A DNA stretch of 64,000 nt. Origin: the human T2T-CHM13v2.0 reference genome, Homo sapiens. The DNA lies in assembly GCF_009914755.1 (NCBI RefSeq), contig NC_060929.1. One strand, 5' to 3'. A program made the translations under genes and the position numbers. Below are positions 28,699 to 42,705 of this stretch, in pieces. Under the pieces are notes generated by a model. It was not told where the DNA came from, did not search any database, and saw only the letters and a program-made list of their open reading frames with translations. Positions within the stretch are counted from its first letter, which is position 1, and each line of letters opens with the position of its first letter.

Positions 28699-28761
28699 TA
28701 GTCCTGGCTCCCCCATTCACGATTAGTGCAGTTGTCTAGGTCTCAGTTTGCCATTCCCTCA

Positions 28762-29559
28762 TGTTATGGAACCAAACTGGGGTCCACCTGCCTGGCACAG
28801 TAAAAACAAACATCCACGCTGAGGTTTACTGCAGGAGAAAGGAGGGTGTTTATTTTCAGAGTACCAAGCAAGGAGAACTGAGCAGTTCTCTCTTAACACC
28901 CCACCTCTCCAATGGCTTGCAAACAAGGGTTTTTAAAGGCAGGGGTAAATTTCAGGAAAGCAGAAGTTTCAGGCAAAGTTATAAGTCATTGTATGGAGGT
29001 TACACATTGGTTTAGCCCAAAGGGGCAGGCTATCGTCTTGAAGTGGGTGGGGGCTTATAGTCATAGGTAGATTTCAGAGAGTTTCTGCTTTGCAATTGGG
29101 TAAGGAAGAGAAGCTTTGTTTTAAAATTTAGGGTCAGCAGAAAAGAATGTTAGCTCCAGCTTGTGGGTATGGCTTCTTCCAGGCCTCCTAAGAATAAGTT
29201 TAGAACAAAGAACTGGAACTGCGGTCAGAGTTCGGCCTGCAGTTCCCTCTTATCTGAGGTCTGCATGCATGCCAGCACATCTGTTTGGTGTGGGTCCAGG
29301 TTTCTGAAAAAGAACTCTGGTTCATATGTGAAGATGTTATCTTTAATTTCTGTAGGGAATCAAACATCCCATGATTCTAGCTTCCTTGGCTGTTGTTTTA
29401 AGTTAGTTACTATTACCTTCTTGCTTATCAGCTTGCTTATTTACTTCTCAGGGCTAGCTAGGTGCCTGGAATTTCCCTTGAAGAAACTCAAGATTTTATT
29501 TCCATGCTTGGCGGGGGCGGTGCTGCAGGGCCCCTAAGAGGGTTCCCTGCTCCATCTCA
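28762..29559 (-). mobile_element. Intact ERV1-class solo LTR (family not assigned)
   Basis: TG...CA ends, 798 bp, 4-bp TSD CTCA at 28758-28761 and 29560-29563. Confidence 0.75.
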
Positions 29560-31054
29560 CTCATTAGATAATTATTCCTTGGATATCATAGGACAGGCAC
29601 TGTTCTGGGGCATGTAGCAGTGTCCAGCCCTGCCTCCTGTCCTGTCCATATTTACACCGAAATCATGTGTCTACTGTTACAGCAAGAGCTAGGAGGGGTG
29701 ACTGCAGGGTCCTGTGGGAACAGAAGACAGAGAACTCGATGTGTTCTTGAGGTTGAGGAAGGACTTCTCTGGGGAGATGGCCTGGAGAATGAGCAGGAAT
29801 TTGCCTGGTGAAGCTGTCCCAGGCTGAGGGGAGAACATGCACTGTTACCTTCATTTCTTATGATGGGGGACAGTTGTTTTACCCTGCAGGATAGTTTCAA
29901 GGCCAGAAAGATACACCACATGTAAAGCTCATGCAGTAAGAACTAAACCATTGGTAGTGTTGTCATATTGAACAAAGCACACCCCCCGTACATCTCCCTC
30001 TTAGGACCCCGCAGAACCAGCACTCTTCTTCCTGCATGACCACTTGTATTTGCTCTGCCTCATGGCTGACTCAGAGACTGTGCTCTCCTCCTTCCTCCCC
30101 AAGGCACTCCAGTTTGTCTCTGTTCTCCACATGGTGCTCCCAGTCGGCCCAGTCCTACAGGTGTCGAGGTAACGGAGAAGGAAACAGGATGTTACTCTGG
30201 GATGCCTCATTCTCAGAACCTAGTGGGAATCTCTTTTAGCATCCAGCCATCCATCCACTCATTCAGCAAGAGGCGTGGCGAGCCTCTTCATTGCCAGGAG
30301 CAGTTCTAGGTTGTGGATAAATGGTCATGAATAAGAGACAGAGTTTTACCATTTTTATTCCAGAGAGGGGAACGAGCAAAGTCGTAACAATCAGAGTGTG
30401 GTTGCAGATGGGGAGGGGAGCTGTGAAGGAATACACAGGATAAAGGGAGAGTGGCTGTGTCAGAGAGAGATGTGCTGTTTTTGAAGAGGCTGGAGCTTGG
30501 TCTTAAGGAATAGGGAGGACCTCATAGTGAGCTGGTGCCAAGGGGACAGAGGTTAGAGCCGTGGAGGGAGGCAGCCAGGCAGCAGGTCACTGGGGCTTCG
30601 TGGGCCACCACAGGATGCCATGTGAGCAGCAGGTGAGGGGGTCTGCCTGGCTGTTTTCAAAGGCCTGGGGGCTACTGGGAGAGTGAAGGACAAGGCTCTT
30701 ACAGTCTAGAGCCCATCTTGGAGGCAATAGGTGCTTGGAGAATAGACGGGAGGGGAAAGGAGAAGCCTGGAACAAAGGTAGAGAGATAATGGAGCTTCTG
30801 AATCAGAGCCAGAAAGGATGCCTTGCCTCTAATTGTCTTTGTGACTTGGGATGAACCAGTTCATTTCATCCCTCAGTGCCCCCGTCCCTAAAATGAGTGA
30901 CTTGGACCTGCCATTCTCAGACTCTCCCTGAGAGGCTCTGAAATGGGGACTGTTTGCGCTTCCTCTATAAGGAGTAATTGCTTCTCTGTTACCCCTTAAA
31001 TGGACTCTCCAGACAGCTAATTGATAAGTTTTTTACACAGATCAGCAGACCCAG

Positions 31055-31068
31055 GTTGCTATAGCAAC
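31055..31068. promoter_or_regulatory. Perfect palindromic RFX X-box-like motif
   Basis: GTTGCTATAGCAAC fits the GTTGCY-AT-RGCAAC consensus. Confidence 0.5.
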
Positions 31069-32479
31069 GTAGCCCTCAGAAGTCGTAGGGATAAATAGGA
31101 ACAACTTCTGAAGGCCTCAGGGGCACCAGAACAGTGGAGGTGGGGCGGGGTGGCGGGGGGGGGTGGGTCCCTGAAGCCTCAGTCCCCGAGTGTCTCCTGT
31201 TAAGCACCTCTTTTCATGAGGAACTGTGACTCAGAGACCATCAATTCAGCTTCCCCTGTTCAGAATCCAGAGGCAGACTATTGATGGGGGCCGCAAGGAA
31301 AGGACCACTTCCTCAGGCACCGTCTGGGTGGTCACTCACATGTATCACTGAGGACAACAGGACACTCAATGACCTTCAGAGCTGAGACCTGAGACAGACC
31401 CGCTACAGCATGAATCTTTCAACCCCTTCTATTCATAAGTGAGAAAACTGAGAACCAGAGAGAGGAGGAACTCACCTGAGGTCACACAGCATAGCAGCAG
31501 CAGAGGTGGAAGAACTAAAGCACAGGTTTCCAATATTGATCCCAGTCCTTGGGGGCTAGGGGTCGGGGAAGGATGGGGAACACAGAGCAGGGATTAGGCT
31601 CACTGAAGTCCTCATTCTGCTTTCTACTTAGACAGCTGGGGAGATCTCCAAGCCTAGACAGTGCTTTCTGAGATTAGAATGAGGCATGAGCTTTCTGGAG
31701 TTTTTTTAGTTTAGGAAGCTAGAATTAAATTTTTAAATGACATACCAATTCTTCTCAATGAAAGAAGACTACTAATTGCCAAAAAAAAAAAGGAAAGATG
31801 CCTAATGGCCATCATAGAGGAAAGGCTGTATAAACTGTGGAATGTCCATTCTCATGGAAAACTCTGAAGCAGGTAAAAAGAATAAGCTGATAAAGTAGTT
31901 TTGCACATACCAAGATAAAAAATAGTGAAAGATACAATATTGAGCTTTAAAAAGTTTTAGGACAAGACACACATGATGCCATAGATATAAACCACAAATA
32001 ACTCTGCATTGAAAAAGATCTAGAAAAAAAAAAGCATACCAATATTTAACAGACATTTTCTCTAGGTATGAGGGAGGAATCCAGGATTAGAGGTCAACAG
32101 GGACTTTTTAGCCTTATCTGGAATGTCTTAATTTCTTACAAGGAAAGCACATTCATGTATTATTATTGACCTATAATTTTAAAATAGTATATGCTAGTTT
32201 TAGAAAAACTGGGAAATACCAGAAAGTGCGAAGGAAAAAGTAAGAAATCTCTTGCCCATTTTACTTTTCCATTTTTTGTCTTTTTCTGCCTTTTTTTAAA
32301 AAACAGATTAATATATCATTGATAGGTAGAGGGATATAAATTTAACAGTTGATCACTTGGACAAAGGTATTTTCCTCATGAAGTTAGTAGGTGCTTATAA
32401 ATATTTCTCAAAATTCAGGGTGCAATATTAGTACAGAAACCCAGGTACCTGTGCATCATTTTTCTGGTTTTTGGTTTTT

Positions 32480-33620
32480 ATAGGGTGTTCTGGTGGTTTC
32501 AATTAATGTATTACAGTCAAATGCATAAATCTTAAGTGTACAGCTTGATGAAGGCACATGTCCATGTAGCCCAGGTCTAGACGCAGAACATTTATAGTAC
32601 CATAGATGGTTCTTTCATGCCCTCTTCAGTGTTCCGCAAGGAATCGTAGTTCCGAGTTCTATTTCCAGAGATAGTGTTGCTTGTCCTTGAACTTCATGTA
32701 GAGTTATCTAGTATGTTTTCCCTTTCCTTTCTGACCTCTGTCATTCAACATTACATTTGAGATTCATCCATGTTGTAGATGATCCATTTTTTATTACCGA
32801 ATCAGTTACTCTAGTATTCTCATTGCATGAACAGACTAACTGAATCATCCGTTTTACTGTGGGTGGACATTTGGGTTGTTTATAGTTTGGTACTATTATG
32901 AATAATGATGTCATGAATATTCTTGTACATGTGTTTTGGTGTATAGATGCTCCTGTTTTTATTAGGGAAATACCTATTAGGTTAGCTTCAAAGCAGTTTT
33001 CAAATTGTACCAATTTATACTCCCATTCAGCAGTGTATGAGAGTTATCATTTCTTTGCAGCCTCATAAACAATTTGTCCCTCTTTAATCATAGCCATTCT
33101 GGGGGGGCTGTCATGTTTCATTATGATTTTGATTTCCCTAATGATGCTGATTCTCCTTCCACATGCTACTAGCCATTTGGACACCATCTTTTGTGAAGTG
33201 CTGGTCAACATTCTTGCCTTTTTAAGTCATCTTTCTTATGGATTTGTGGCCATTATATACTATGGATACATGTATTGCAGATCTATTACTCTGGCTTGTC
33301 TTTTGGTGAATAGAAGTTCTTGAGGCTTAGTGTAGTTATTTTTTTCCCTTACGGTTTTGTGATTTGTTTAGAAAACCTTTCCTACTCTAACGCGTGAAGA
33401 TGGGCTATCCTCTGAAAGTTTTAGAGGTTAGTCTTTCAACGCTAAACAGACCTTTAAGTCCATATTATTCACCTAGAATTGATGTTTGTGTTTAATGGGA
33501 AGTATAAATCTTTTATTTCCAGATTGTTCTGGCACCACTTCTTGAAAAGACCTTCTTCCTGCAATCTGTAGTGGTAGTGCTATGTCTGTCATTTATCTTG
33601 TATCCATAAATGGTCTGGTC
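32480..33620 (-). mobile_element. Old L1M fragment
   Basis: L1 3' region motifs (gtggacatttgggttgttt, tactcccattcagcagtgtatgagagtt). Confidence 0.7.
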
Positions 33621-34138
33621 ATCGCAGCCTCTTAATATATTTGTTGGATCTTATCTGAAACAAATCAGCATTTGTTAAGTATTTTTATATGTATCAGGTT
33701 TTTAAAGGAAATTCTATTAATGTCTAGTGTTTCCTCTAGTATTTCCTTCCCTGGGAAATCAGAAAGTGGTCATTAGGGAAAATAGCAGTCACTAAGTTTT
33801 TGTTTAAATTTTGCTTGGTTTTCTAGACTTTCGGCCATTGTTTGTTATGCCAGCATACACCAGGAGAGGGACCTATTTGTACGTGTGAGGGAAGGCAGGC
33901 CTGAGTCCCCCGGGAAGGACAGAGCCCTTTAGTCTGCCTTTTACTGCAAGGCCTCTTGCCTGGAGTGTTCTTTGCCTTCATCTCTGTTACTTCTTCTCTC
34001 CTTATTAGAGTGGACCACAGAAACACTCCGGTCAGTCATTTGAGAGCATTACTGCCCTCACCAGAGGTGAGGAGAGTCTAGACCCAAACTCACAGATCCG
34101 AATGCCAGTCAGATCTGGAAAGGCCCCCAGAGACCATC

Positions 34139-34342
34139 CAGGGTTGGTTTCTCAACCTCAGCACCACTGACATTTGGAGCCAGATAATCTTTTAGGGGGT
34201 TGCCCTGGACTTTATAGGATGTTGAACAGCATTTCTGGACTATATTCCAGTAGTACCCTTCATTGTGGCAACCAATAATGTCTCTAGATATTGTCTGATA
34301 TTCCTTAGGAGGGTAAAACCTCCCCCTGTTGGAAACTGCTCA
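34139..34342. mobile_element. MER20 hAT element within a MIR
   Basis: ggtttctcaacctcagcaccactgacatttggagccagataat...ccccctgttggaaactgct. Confidence 0.75.
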
Positions 34343-34690
34343 TCTAGTGCAACCTCAAATTTTGTAGATAGGAAAACTGAGGCCCAAGAGGGAGCTGATT
34401 TTCCCAGCATTACAGCTAGTGCAGGAGTCTGGATGAAAACCAGATGTGCCTTGGAGTCCAAAGATCCTTAAGGTTAGCGTATTACAGTACAGACAGATGC
34501 CCAGCTGAGCTTTGCCGATTGTTTTTGTTCTTTTCAACAGTTCCATCTCCACATCTGACCTTCTGTCTCCTACTTCTACCTTTTAATGTCTTTCCTCTAA
34601 TTGTTTTATTACATAATTGAAATAAATTCATTGATTGAAAACTCAGAGAAGCAGAAAGAAAACAAAAACCACTTTGTCACACTAAGATGA

Positions 34691-35007
<317 letters not shown>

Positions 35008-35828
35008 GACCTCTGTTCACATTCTAAAGGATATTCTTCCAGATGTTTTTATGTTCTAGCAGATTTTCTCATATAAAATTAGTAGTTATAAAAGCAGTAC
35101 TCACCAAAGTGAGAAGAGTGACTGCCTCTATGGGATGTGATGGGTGACAGGGGCACGGGAGAAGTGTCTCTCACTTTTTAGACTTTAAATTATTGTTTAG
35201 ATTTATTGCACTAAATATTTATTACTTTTTTCCTTAAAAGGAAAGACTCATACATAGCAAATGTACACAATTCAAATGCATGGAAAGTCAAAAAGTAAAA
35301 GCCCCATCTCAGCCACCCCTCTCAGACCGTCACTCCATACACCCACCTGTGCTTGATCCAGGATGATTTTGCCCATCACTCTGAGGGAAAAAAAACTCCT
35401 CCAGCTGCCCAAGAAGCGTGTCCTGTCCCTTTGCCCAGGCACCCACAAGTAATGCCTCTGGCCTTTCTGTATGAGTGTTTCTCTTAGCCCAGACACAGAT
35501 TATGTTTTTGGTTGAAAACGATCCATGCTTTGTGGAATGGAGGCACTTTGACTCCCAATAATACCCTTCCTTTGTGTGACTTTATTTACATCTTTTCAGA
35601 AATGGCCTTATCTGAAAAACAACCTGCTAGTGTGAACATATCAGGACTTGGGAAAAAATGGTCTGACAGTTAAGAGTCACTGGTTCCACAGACAAGACCA
35701 AGAGCCCCATGAGCCAGAGTGAGAGACTCCAGGGCATATCCCATCCATGATGGCACTGTTCACCACCCACCTGCCGGTTGTCAGCACAGAGGGTTACCCT
35801 CCAAGCCCTCCAGTGGTGGGCAAGATGA

Positions 35829-36147
<319 letters not shown>

Positions 36148-36828
36148 ATTCCCAAAGCTTTTAACTATTAACACACCATTTAACAATAGCAACAATATAG
36201 ATTTGACTGATAAACATTTATCAGTTAAAGTTTTGTTCAGAATTTTACTGATGAAAATTTGTAGTCAGAGACCCTCAGCTTAGATACAAAATAGAGTGAA
36301 AAATGGCATAAAACAAGAACTGATCCATAGAAACAGGAGACAGAAGTAATAGGAAAGATTTCCCAGGTAAAGGTCATTAGCGTATCCTCAGCACCTAACA
36401 CAAGGCTCATTAACCATAAATCAGGGGAGGGACATTTCAGCTTCCTCCTGGTGTAATGTTTATCCTCTAAAATCCTCAAGATACCACCATTTGAGACAGA
36501 GGCAATCCATCACCTTCATCCAAAGCCAGCTCAATTTTTGCTTATTTTGTGAGCCTTACCAGTAACTGCCAAGAAACCAGAGCCTTGGTTATGTAGTTCT
36601 GTATCAATGACTTTTCTGTGAGGACACCCCCAGTGGGCAGGGTCATATTACAGTCTGCGCTACTGAGTATTATTCTACAATGGACATCGCCAAGCACCAG
36701 GGAGGCAGTGCAGGTTAGTGCAATGGTCTCAACTATGGCTGCTCATTTAAATCACTTGGAAATCTGCTTAAAAATTCTGATCTCTGAGGCCTGTCACAAG
36801 GAAAACAAAATCCTTGAGAATGGACCTA

Positions 36829-37129
36829 GTTTTTTTTTTTTTTTTTTTAAAAGACAGAGTCTTGCTCTGTAACCCAGGCTGGAGTGCAGTGGCGTGATCT
36901 CGGCTCACTGCAACCTCCACTTCCTGGGTTCAAGCAGTTCTCTGCCTCAGCCTCCCGAGTAGCTGGGATAACAGGCACCTGCCACCATGCCTGGATAATT
37001 TTTGTATTTTTAGTAGAGACCAGGTTTCACCCTGTTGGCCAGGCTGGTCTTGAACTCCTGACCTCGTGATCCATGCGCCTCAGCCTCCCAAAGTGCTGGG
37101 ATTACAGGCATGAGCTACCACACCTGGCC
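36829..37129 (-). mobile_element. Alu SINE interrupting a MER5-like element (~36718-37195)
   Basis: Full Alu; flanks resemble MER5 halves. Confidence 0.9.
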
Positions 37130-40100
37130 AGACCCAGATGTTTTAAAAGCTCCACACTTGACTCTGATGTGCAGTCAGAGTGGAGGATCTCTGATCTAGA
37201 AGCATTTTCTTGGACTAGAGCTGCCAGAGTCTTGACATTGATGCTTAGTTGTCACAGTTCTTGCCACATCTGCAGATCACTGATTCTGTTATTTACATAA
37301 TCTTTTTACTGAAACTTAATTTTAAAAGGAAACTATCACTTCCATTTAAAAAAATCATCCCTTGCCATCATTAGAAAGCAACCAGAATAATACATTCAAT
37401 CAATCAAAATACAGCAAAGTCATATAATTCCAGCTGCTGCCTGCCCAGATCTCTGAACACAAGCCCTACTCCCTCTTTGATAAAAACAAGATTAGTAAAT
37501 ATTAGGTGCTAACATGTGCTGGTTTCAAATGGAGACTTTCTCATTAAGGTTGTCAGAAAGATTGATAGGAAACTGAAAAAGGAAAGAACTTGCTCACTGT
37601 GTGGCTCACTATGATTAAATCACATTTCCTTGTATGCCCAATTTCCACTTTAGGAAATGCTAACCTTGGAAGACATTGGCATATACTTGAGGGAAGAGAA
37701 AGCCCACTTTCTAGGCCACAGTTTCCTGGCTATAGATCTTTTCCAGTTGACCAGACATGATTCTGATCCAGAATAATAATTCTATTATCCCCTTGACAAT
37801 TCAGGGGACGGAGGAAGGGGTTGGAAGTGAAACATAGTAATATACAGCACTATTCAAGCAAGGCATAGATTGACAGGAAAAGATCACACACAGAATCAGG
37901 TAAGATTAAATTACTGATAGATTTAGCAAGGGCTATGAAGAGCTGCTGGAAGTGAGGGACCAGTGGAACAGGAGCAGAGACAGCGTCTCTCGGTTGGGCT
38001 TTCCACTGCACCTGGAGTCCCAAATGAGGGCTGGAAGCTGTGGCTTGTACATTCTGTGCAAGGGGAGAGGGTCATGGTGCAAGTGGGAAGCCTAATTTCT
38101 TGCCTGCTTCACAGGCTCTGTATCCTCGGGGCTTAACATCAGTATGCGGGAAACACATTATGTGCCTCCATATAAGGGAATGTTTAGAACACTAAGCTCT
38201 CTGGTTAGGGCCCAGCTCCCCGTCCCCCTCCTGCCAGAAAATCCAAGCAGCGATCCCTGTGGGGTGCCTGGACCTCCCATTTCCAGCTCCTTTCTCCATA
38301 CAAAAACATAATGCATTAGTGTTATTTGTCTTTTTGTTGCCTCAAAAATCAGAGTTAAAGGTTAAGAAAATACTGGTTTGATGATGCTCTTTAGGAAATC
38401 AGCTAAAAATGGTAGTTTTTCACTCAGCTGTGAACAGAACCCTAAAGGTAGAGTCTAATGCCATTCTGCATAAATCTGGCATTCTTAGGATCATATTGAA
38501 TCTTTTTAAAATATGTACGCGGAATCTTTATGGTAGCCTGTAGCCAAGAGAAATCAAGTCTCCAGTTAGCCTCATAGACTAAGTGAGTTGGGAACACTTA
38601 AGGTTTTTGATATTTGATGGAATCCCTCAGTTTTAAAACTAGTGGTCCATCAGTTTTAAATTAACTATAATATGAAAAGAAAATTAAATTAAGACAGAAA
38701 GTAATGCAAAAATAAAACATGAATCCCTTAAATTCTGATGTGAGTTCCTTACAGTAAAATATTTTTGCATCCTGACCCTAAAAACCTTTTTTGCTTTTAC
38801 TGTCAACACAGCAATTTTACAGTAGACAGACTGTGGTTCTTAATCACCTAATGATTATTTCTCTTGTAGTTATCATATAGTGGGAATAATAAACATTAGC
38901 GTGACACTTGGTACATGCAAAACTACTGAATCATAACTTTTACTCATTAACTCCTCCCAGAGAGAAACTTCTGCAGAAGCACAAGCTCCTGGGAGTTCTC
39001 CAAGGAGGGATCGTTGAAGTTCGTTGTTTTTGTATAACAATTGCATATTATTCACACTTTGGAAAACTCATCATGGTTAGATCCTGGTTCCACAAAAAAG
39101 CTATAAAAGAAACATTTTAAGAACAATTGAGGAAATTTTAGTCTAGACTACATCGTGTATCATATTAAGAAAATTTTAAATATAGGGGAATCACAATTCT
39201 GAGGTTGCACAGGAGGATGTCCTTGTTTTTAGGAGTTGCATGCTTAGGTATTTAAGGCTGAAGTGACTCAATGTCTTCCATTTACTCTCAAATGACTCAG
39301 TAAAGTTAAAGCAAATATGACAAAATGTTCATTTTGACTGTACATCAAGGTTATAAGGATATTCATTATTCCTTCAAATATTTTATGTGTTTAGAATTTT
39401 TCCTAATATGAAGTTGAAGCGGGGGACATAAAACTTCAACAGGGGATCAAAAAGTTAAGAAGGAAAGGGGTTAAACCAGACAAGGTTGTGACATATGAGG
39501 AGGAGGAAAGTCATGAGGGTTTTTGTCTTTTCCAGCTACCCTGCTAGTTGGTAAGATCTATTCTTGGTAACATATATCCCGGAGCTACATCTGGCCTCAT
39601 TAAAAAAATTTATAGACGCATTTGCTAGCATCGAACTTGGCTGTGACTTACAGGCTGACCACCTATTTGATTTACCATGAGGAAATACCAGTTTAAGATC
39701 CAAGAAAGACAAATGAAGCCAGGGAAGCTGGCCGGTCCAAATTAGAGGCCAGTGAGAGACCCTTAGAGAACACCTCTGGCAGCCACCCTCCTCCCATTGG
39801 CCGTGGTGGGAAGGCTTACCTTCTGCTTCAGGAATACTAACAGAGAAACACACACACACACAAATACACACACAAAGAATGCCTTCTCCCTATGCTCTGT
39901 TTAAGAGAAATGTCTCAAACCCAGCTCCACTGAGGGTCACTGCCTTTCCACGCTTGAGCCGAGAGAGGGTCATGCCTTAACATTAACAGCAAAGGGGTCT
40001 TCATACATTATAAATTTTATACTCTCCAGCTTAAAACTAACAGGTGGATTCTTGTTATACTTAAAATTCAAACTCCCAACTTTGACCCACAAGGCTCAGA

Positions 40101-42499
40101 AGATTTCAGCCATGCCTATTCCACCAACTTATCTATTATTACCACTCTCTGCCTGGCTGCACAACCCAACCACATGGCATACTTTGGGGGTCAAGTTACA
40201 GAGAAAGAAACTGAGGTTCACTGCAGGTCTGCATCAGGGCAAGACTGAATCCCACTGTCCTTGGCTTCTACCTTAAGGCTTGTTGACATTTACGACCTTG
40301 GCCTTGTAATTCAAGGGCACCAAGAACACCCCTTCAGCCCCCCAGAAAGAGCACTGCCACTTTCTATCACAGTGTCTGAAATTCTATTAGAGACTCGCTC
40401 CATGGGTTTGGAATGTTATCTGATCTTTAGAAGGCCCCACTAAAATGGGGTTGCCGAGATGTGTTGGGAGAAAGAGCATGCTCTGAGAGCTGGTACTTGA
40501 GTGAATATTCATTTATCAAATAATTTTGAGGAGTAGGATGATCATTTTAAAAAGGATGTAGGATAACTAAATATAGGCCCAAAAAAATCCAGATAGAAGC
40601 TTTGTACTGCACATGGGAAGATGCTGATAGTATATACTAAATGATAAAAATAGATTACAGAAGAGTAGGTATAATCTGTTCTTATTTTAAAATATATGCT
40701 GAAATGGTATGTGCAGAGAAGAACTGGGCAGTTCAAACTCTGGAAAAGGCTATAGCAGTGATGACTCCTGGGTGGTGGAGTTATACATTTTTTCCTCCTT
40801 TAAAAAATTTATCTGCATTTTCTAATTTTTTGAAAGCGAACATAAAGATAGCCAATAAAAAGAAAAGAGGCTAGAGTGGCAATCATTAAAACATATCTAA
40901 GCTAGTAATTTTCCAGAGGACAGTCTTTGCCTAGGGGTTGAATTAAGTATTTGGTGCATTCCCAGAAGAAAATGACAAATTTCAAGTCAAATACCACATG
41001 TACAGTAACTAGATTATTAATGATGATGGTCATTGGAAATCAAGAACAGCAGATTTGTAGTTTGAATGCCACTGCCCTTTTCTAGTTCACCATGGCTGTC
41101 GATCGATCCTGCTGCACCTGAATTGGTGTCAGAATCCTCTCCAAAAGCCACTGCTGCCTCTCAATAGTGGTTGATGTATGAGGTGACCCCAGGGCCATCA
41201 CTAGCACACATGTTGCCTTCAGGAAATCATAAAAAGGTATCCTTCCTCAGGACATTTCACCTCTTTTTAAATATATTAATTTTTAAAGAATAACGTCTGC
41301 TAGAAAGTGATTATAAACAATCTCTGATTCTGCAGTGTGCTTGGCATTCCCTAGGATGTGATGCCCTTGGGTACTACACTTGCTACATAAACTATACCCA
41401 GCAGCCTTGGGTAATAAACTCCCCCCATACCCCCAAAATAAGCACAAACCCTGACAAGATGGTATCATTGTCTCCCAGCAAAAGCAGCAATGATCTGAGA
41501 CCCCTGGAAACTGCCCGTTGTTCCAGCATTGCAGGTACTGGCATTTGTCTTGCTTTGGTATCTGGGCAGCAGCTTTCCTCCTGAAATGCCCACTTCCACC
41601 TGGTCAGATGCACAGTCCTGTACGGCAAGGCAATGTAGCAAAGCCCAGGACACTAACTGGATAGGGCTCACCAGTCAGCTGTTCCTTTTTCAAGGCAGCA
41701 TGGGGAAAGGAGGACTGTGGGTCTCTATTCCAATTAAATTGCGAACTTAATTCATCTTTATTTCCTGTCTGTAAATTTGCTGATTGCACATTCCAGTCAC
41801 TTGTAATAAACATAGTTAGTTCCTGGGGTCTTTGCTGATGCATCAACTGCGTTGCAAGACCAGCCTCTCCATCCCAGCACCATTATGGTTCTGAAGGAGA
41901 CTCATTCTAGGGGGCAGAGTCTGCTGCCTAATGACGAGTAAGGGAAACTCATGCTGGGGACATTTACTACCCAGAAGATTCTAAGTGGCCACTTGGAGTT
42001 TTAAAATCAGCATTCCCAACTTGAGACTTGTTAAAGGCACCCAGGAATCCTCATGCCTTTGTCCTATCTAGTGCTATAAGACTTATCAAGTAGAACACAG
42101 TGAGGTTGATATTAAAGAAGATGATTGCCTGGTAGGCCCAATGGCCACTCAGAGATGAGACCAGGCCTTTGGCAGCAAGGCAATCCTGAGAGGCCATAGC
42201 TCTGGTTTATCACCCATTTCTTCATTTAATAAGAAGTATTGCTCTATTATACTCTGCCTGTGTCCAAAGGAAGACACCATGCCTATCAAAGAACTGGTGT
42301 CATTAAGTCTGGAGACTCTTACACAGAATGAGGCCAAGGGGAAGGGCAGGGTGAGTTGCATGAGGCTCTCTCAGCCTGATTTCAGGTTGATTTCCGTGGT
42401 CTCCACTGGAAACCATGTATCTTTGGATTCAGAAATCTTGGGTTCAAGTCTTGCCTCTATACTGGATAGCTATGAGACTCTGTTATATTCTCTAAGCCT

Positions 42500-42705
42500 A
42501 GCTTATCCAACCCATGGCCCAGGACGGCTTTGAATGCAGCCCGACCCAAATTCATAAATTTTCTTAAAACGTTGATTTTTTTTTGCGATTTTTTTTTTTT
42601 TTAGCTCATCAGCTGTCGTTAGTGTATTTTATTTTTATCTGTGGCCCACGACAATTTTTCTTCCAGTATGGCCCAGGGAAGCCAAAAGATGGTACACTCC
42701 TTCTC
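42500..42705. mobile_element. MER30-like hAT element
   Basis: ggcccaggacggctttgaatgcagccc...ggcccagggaagccaaaagat. Confidence 0.75.
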
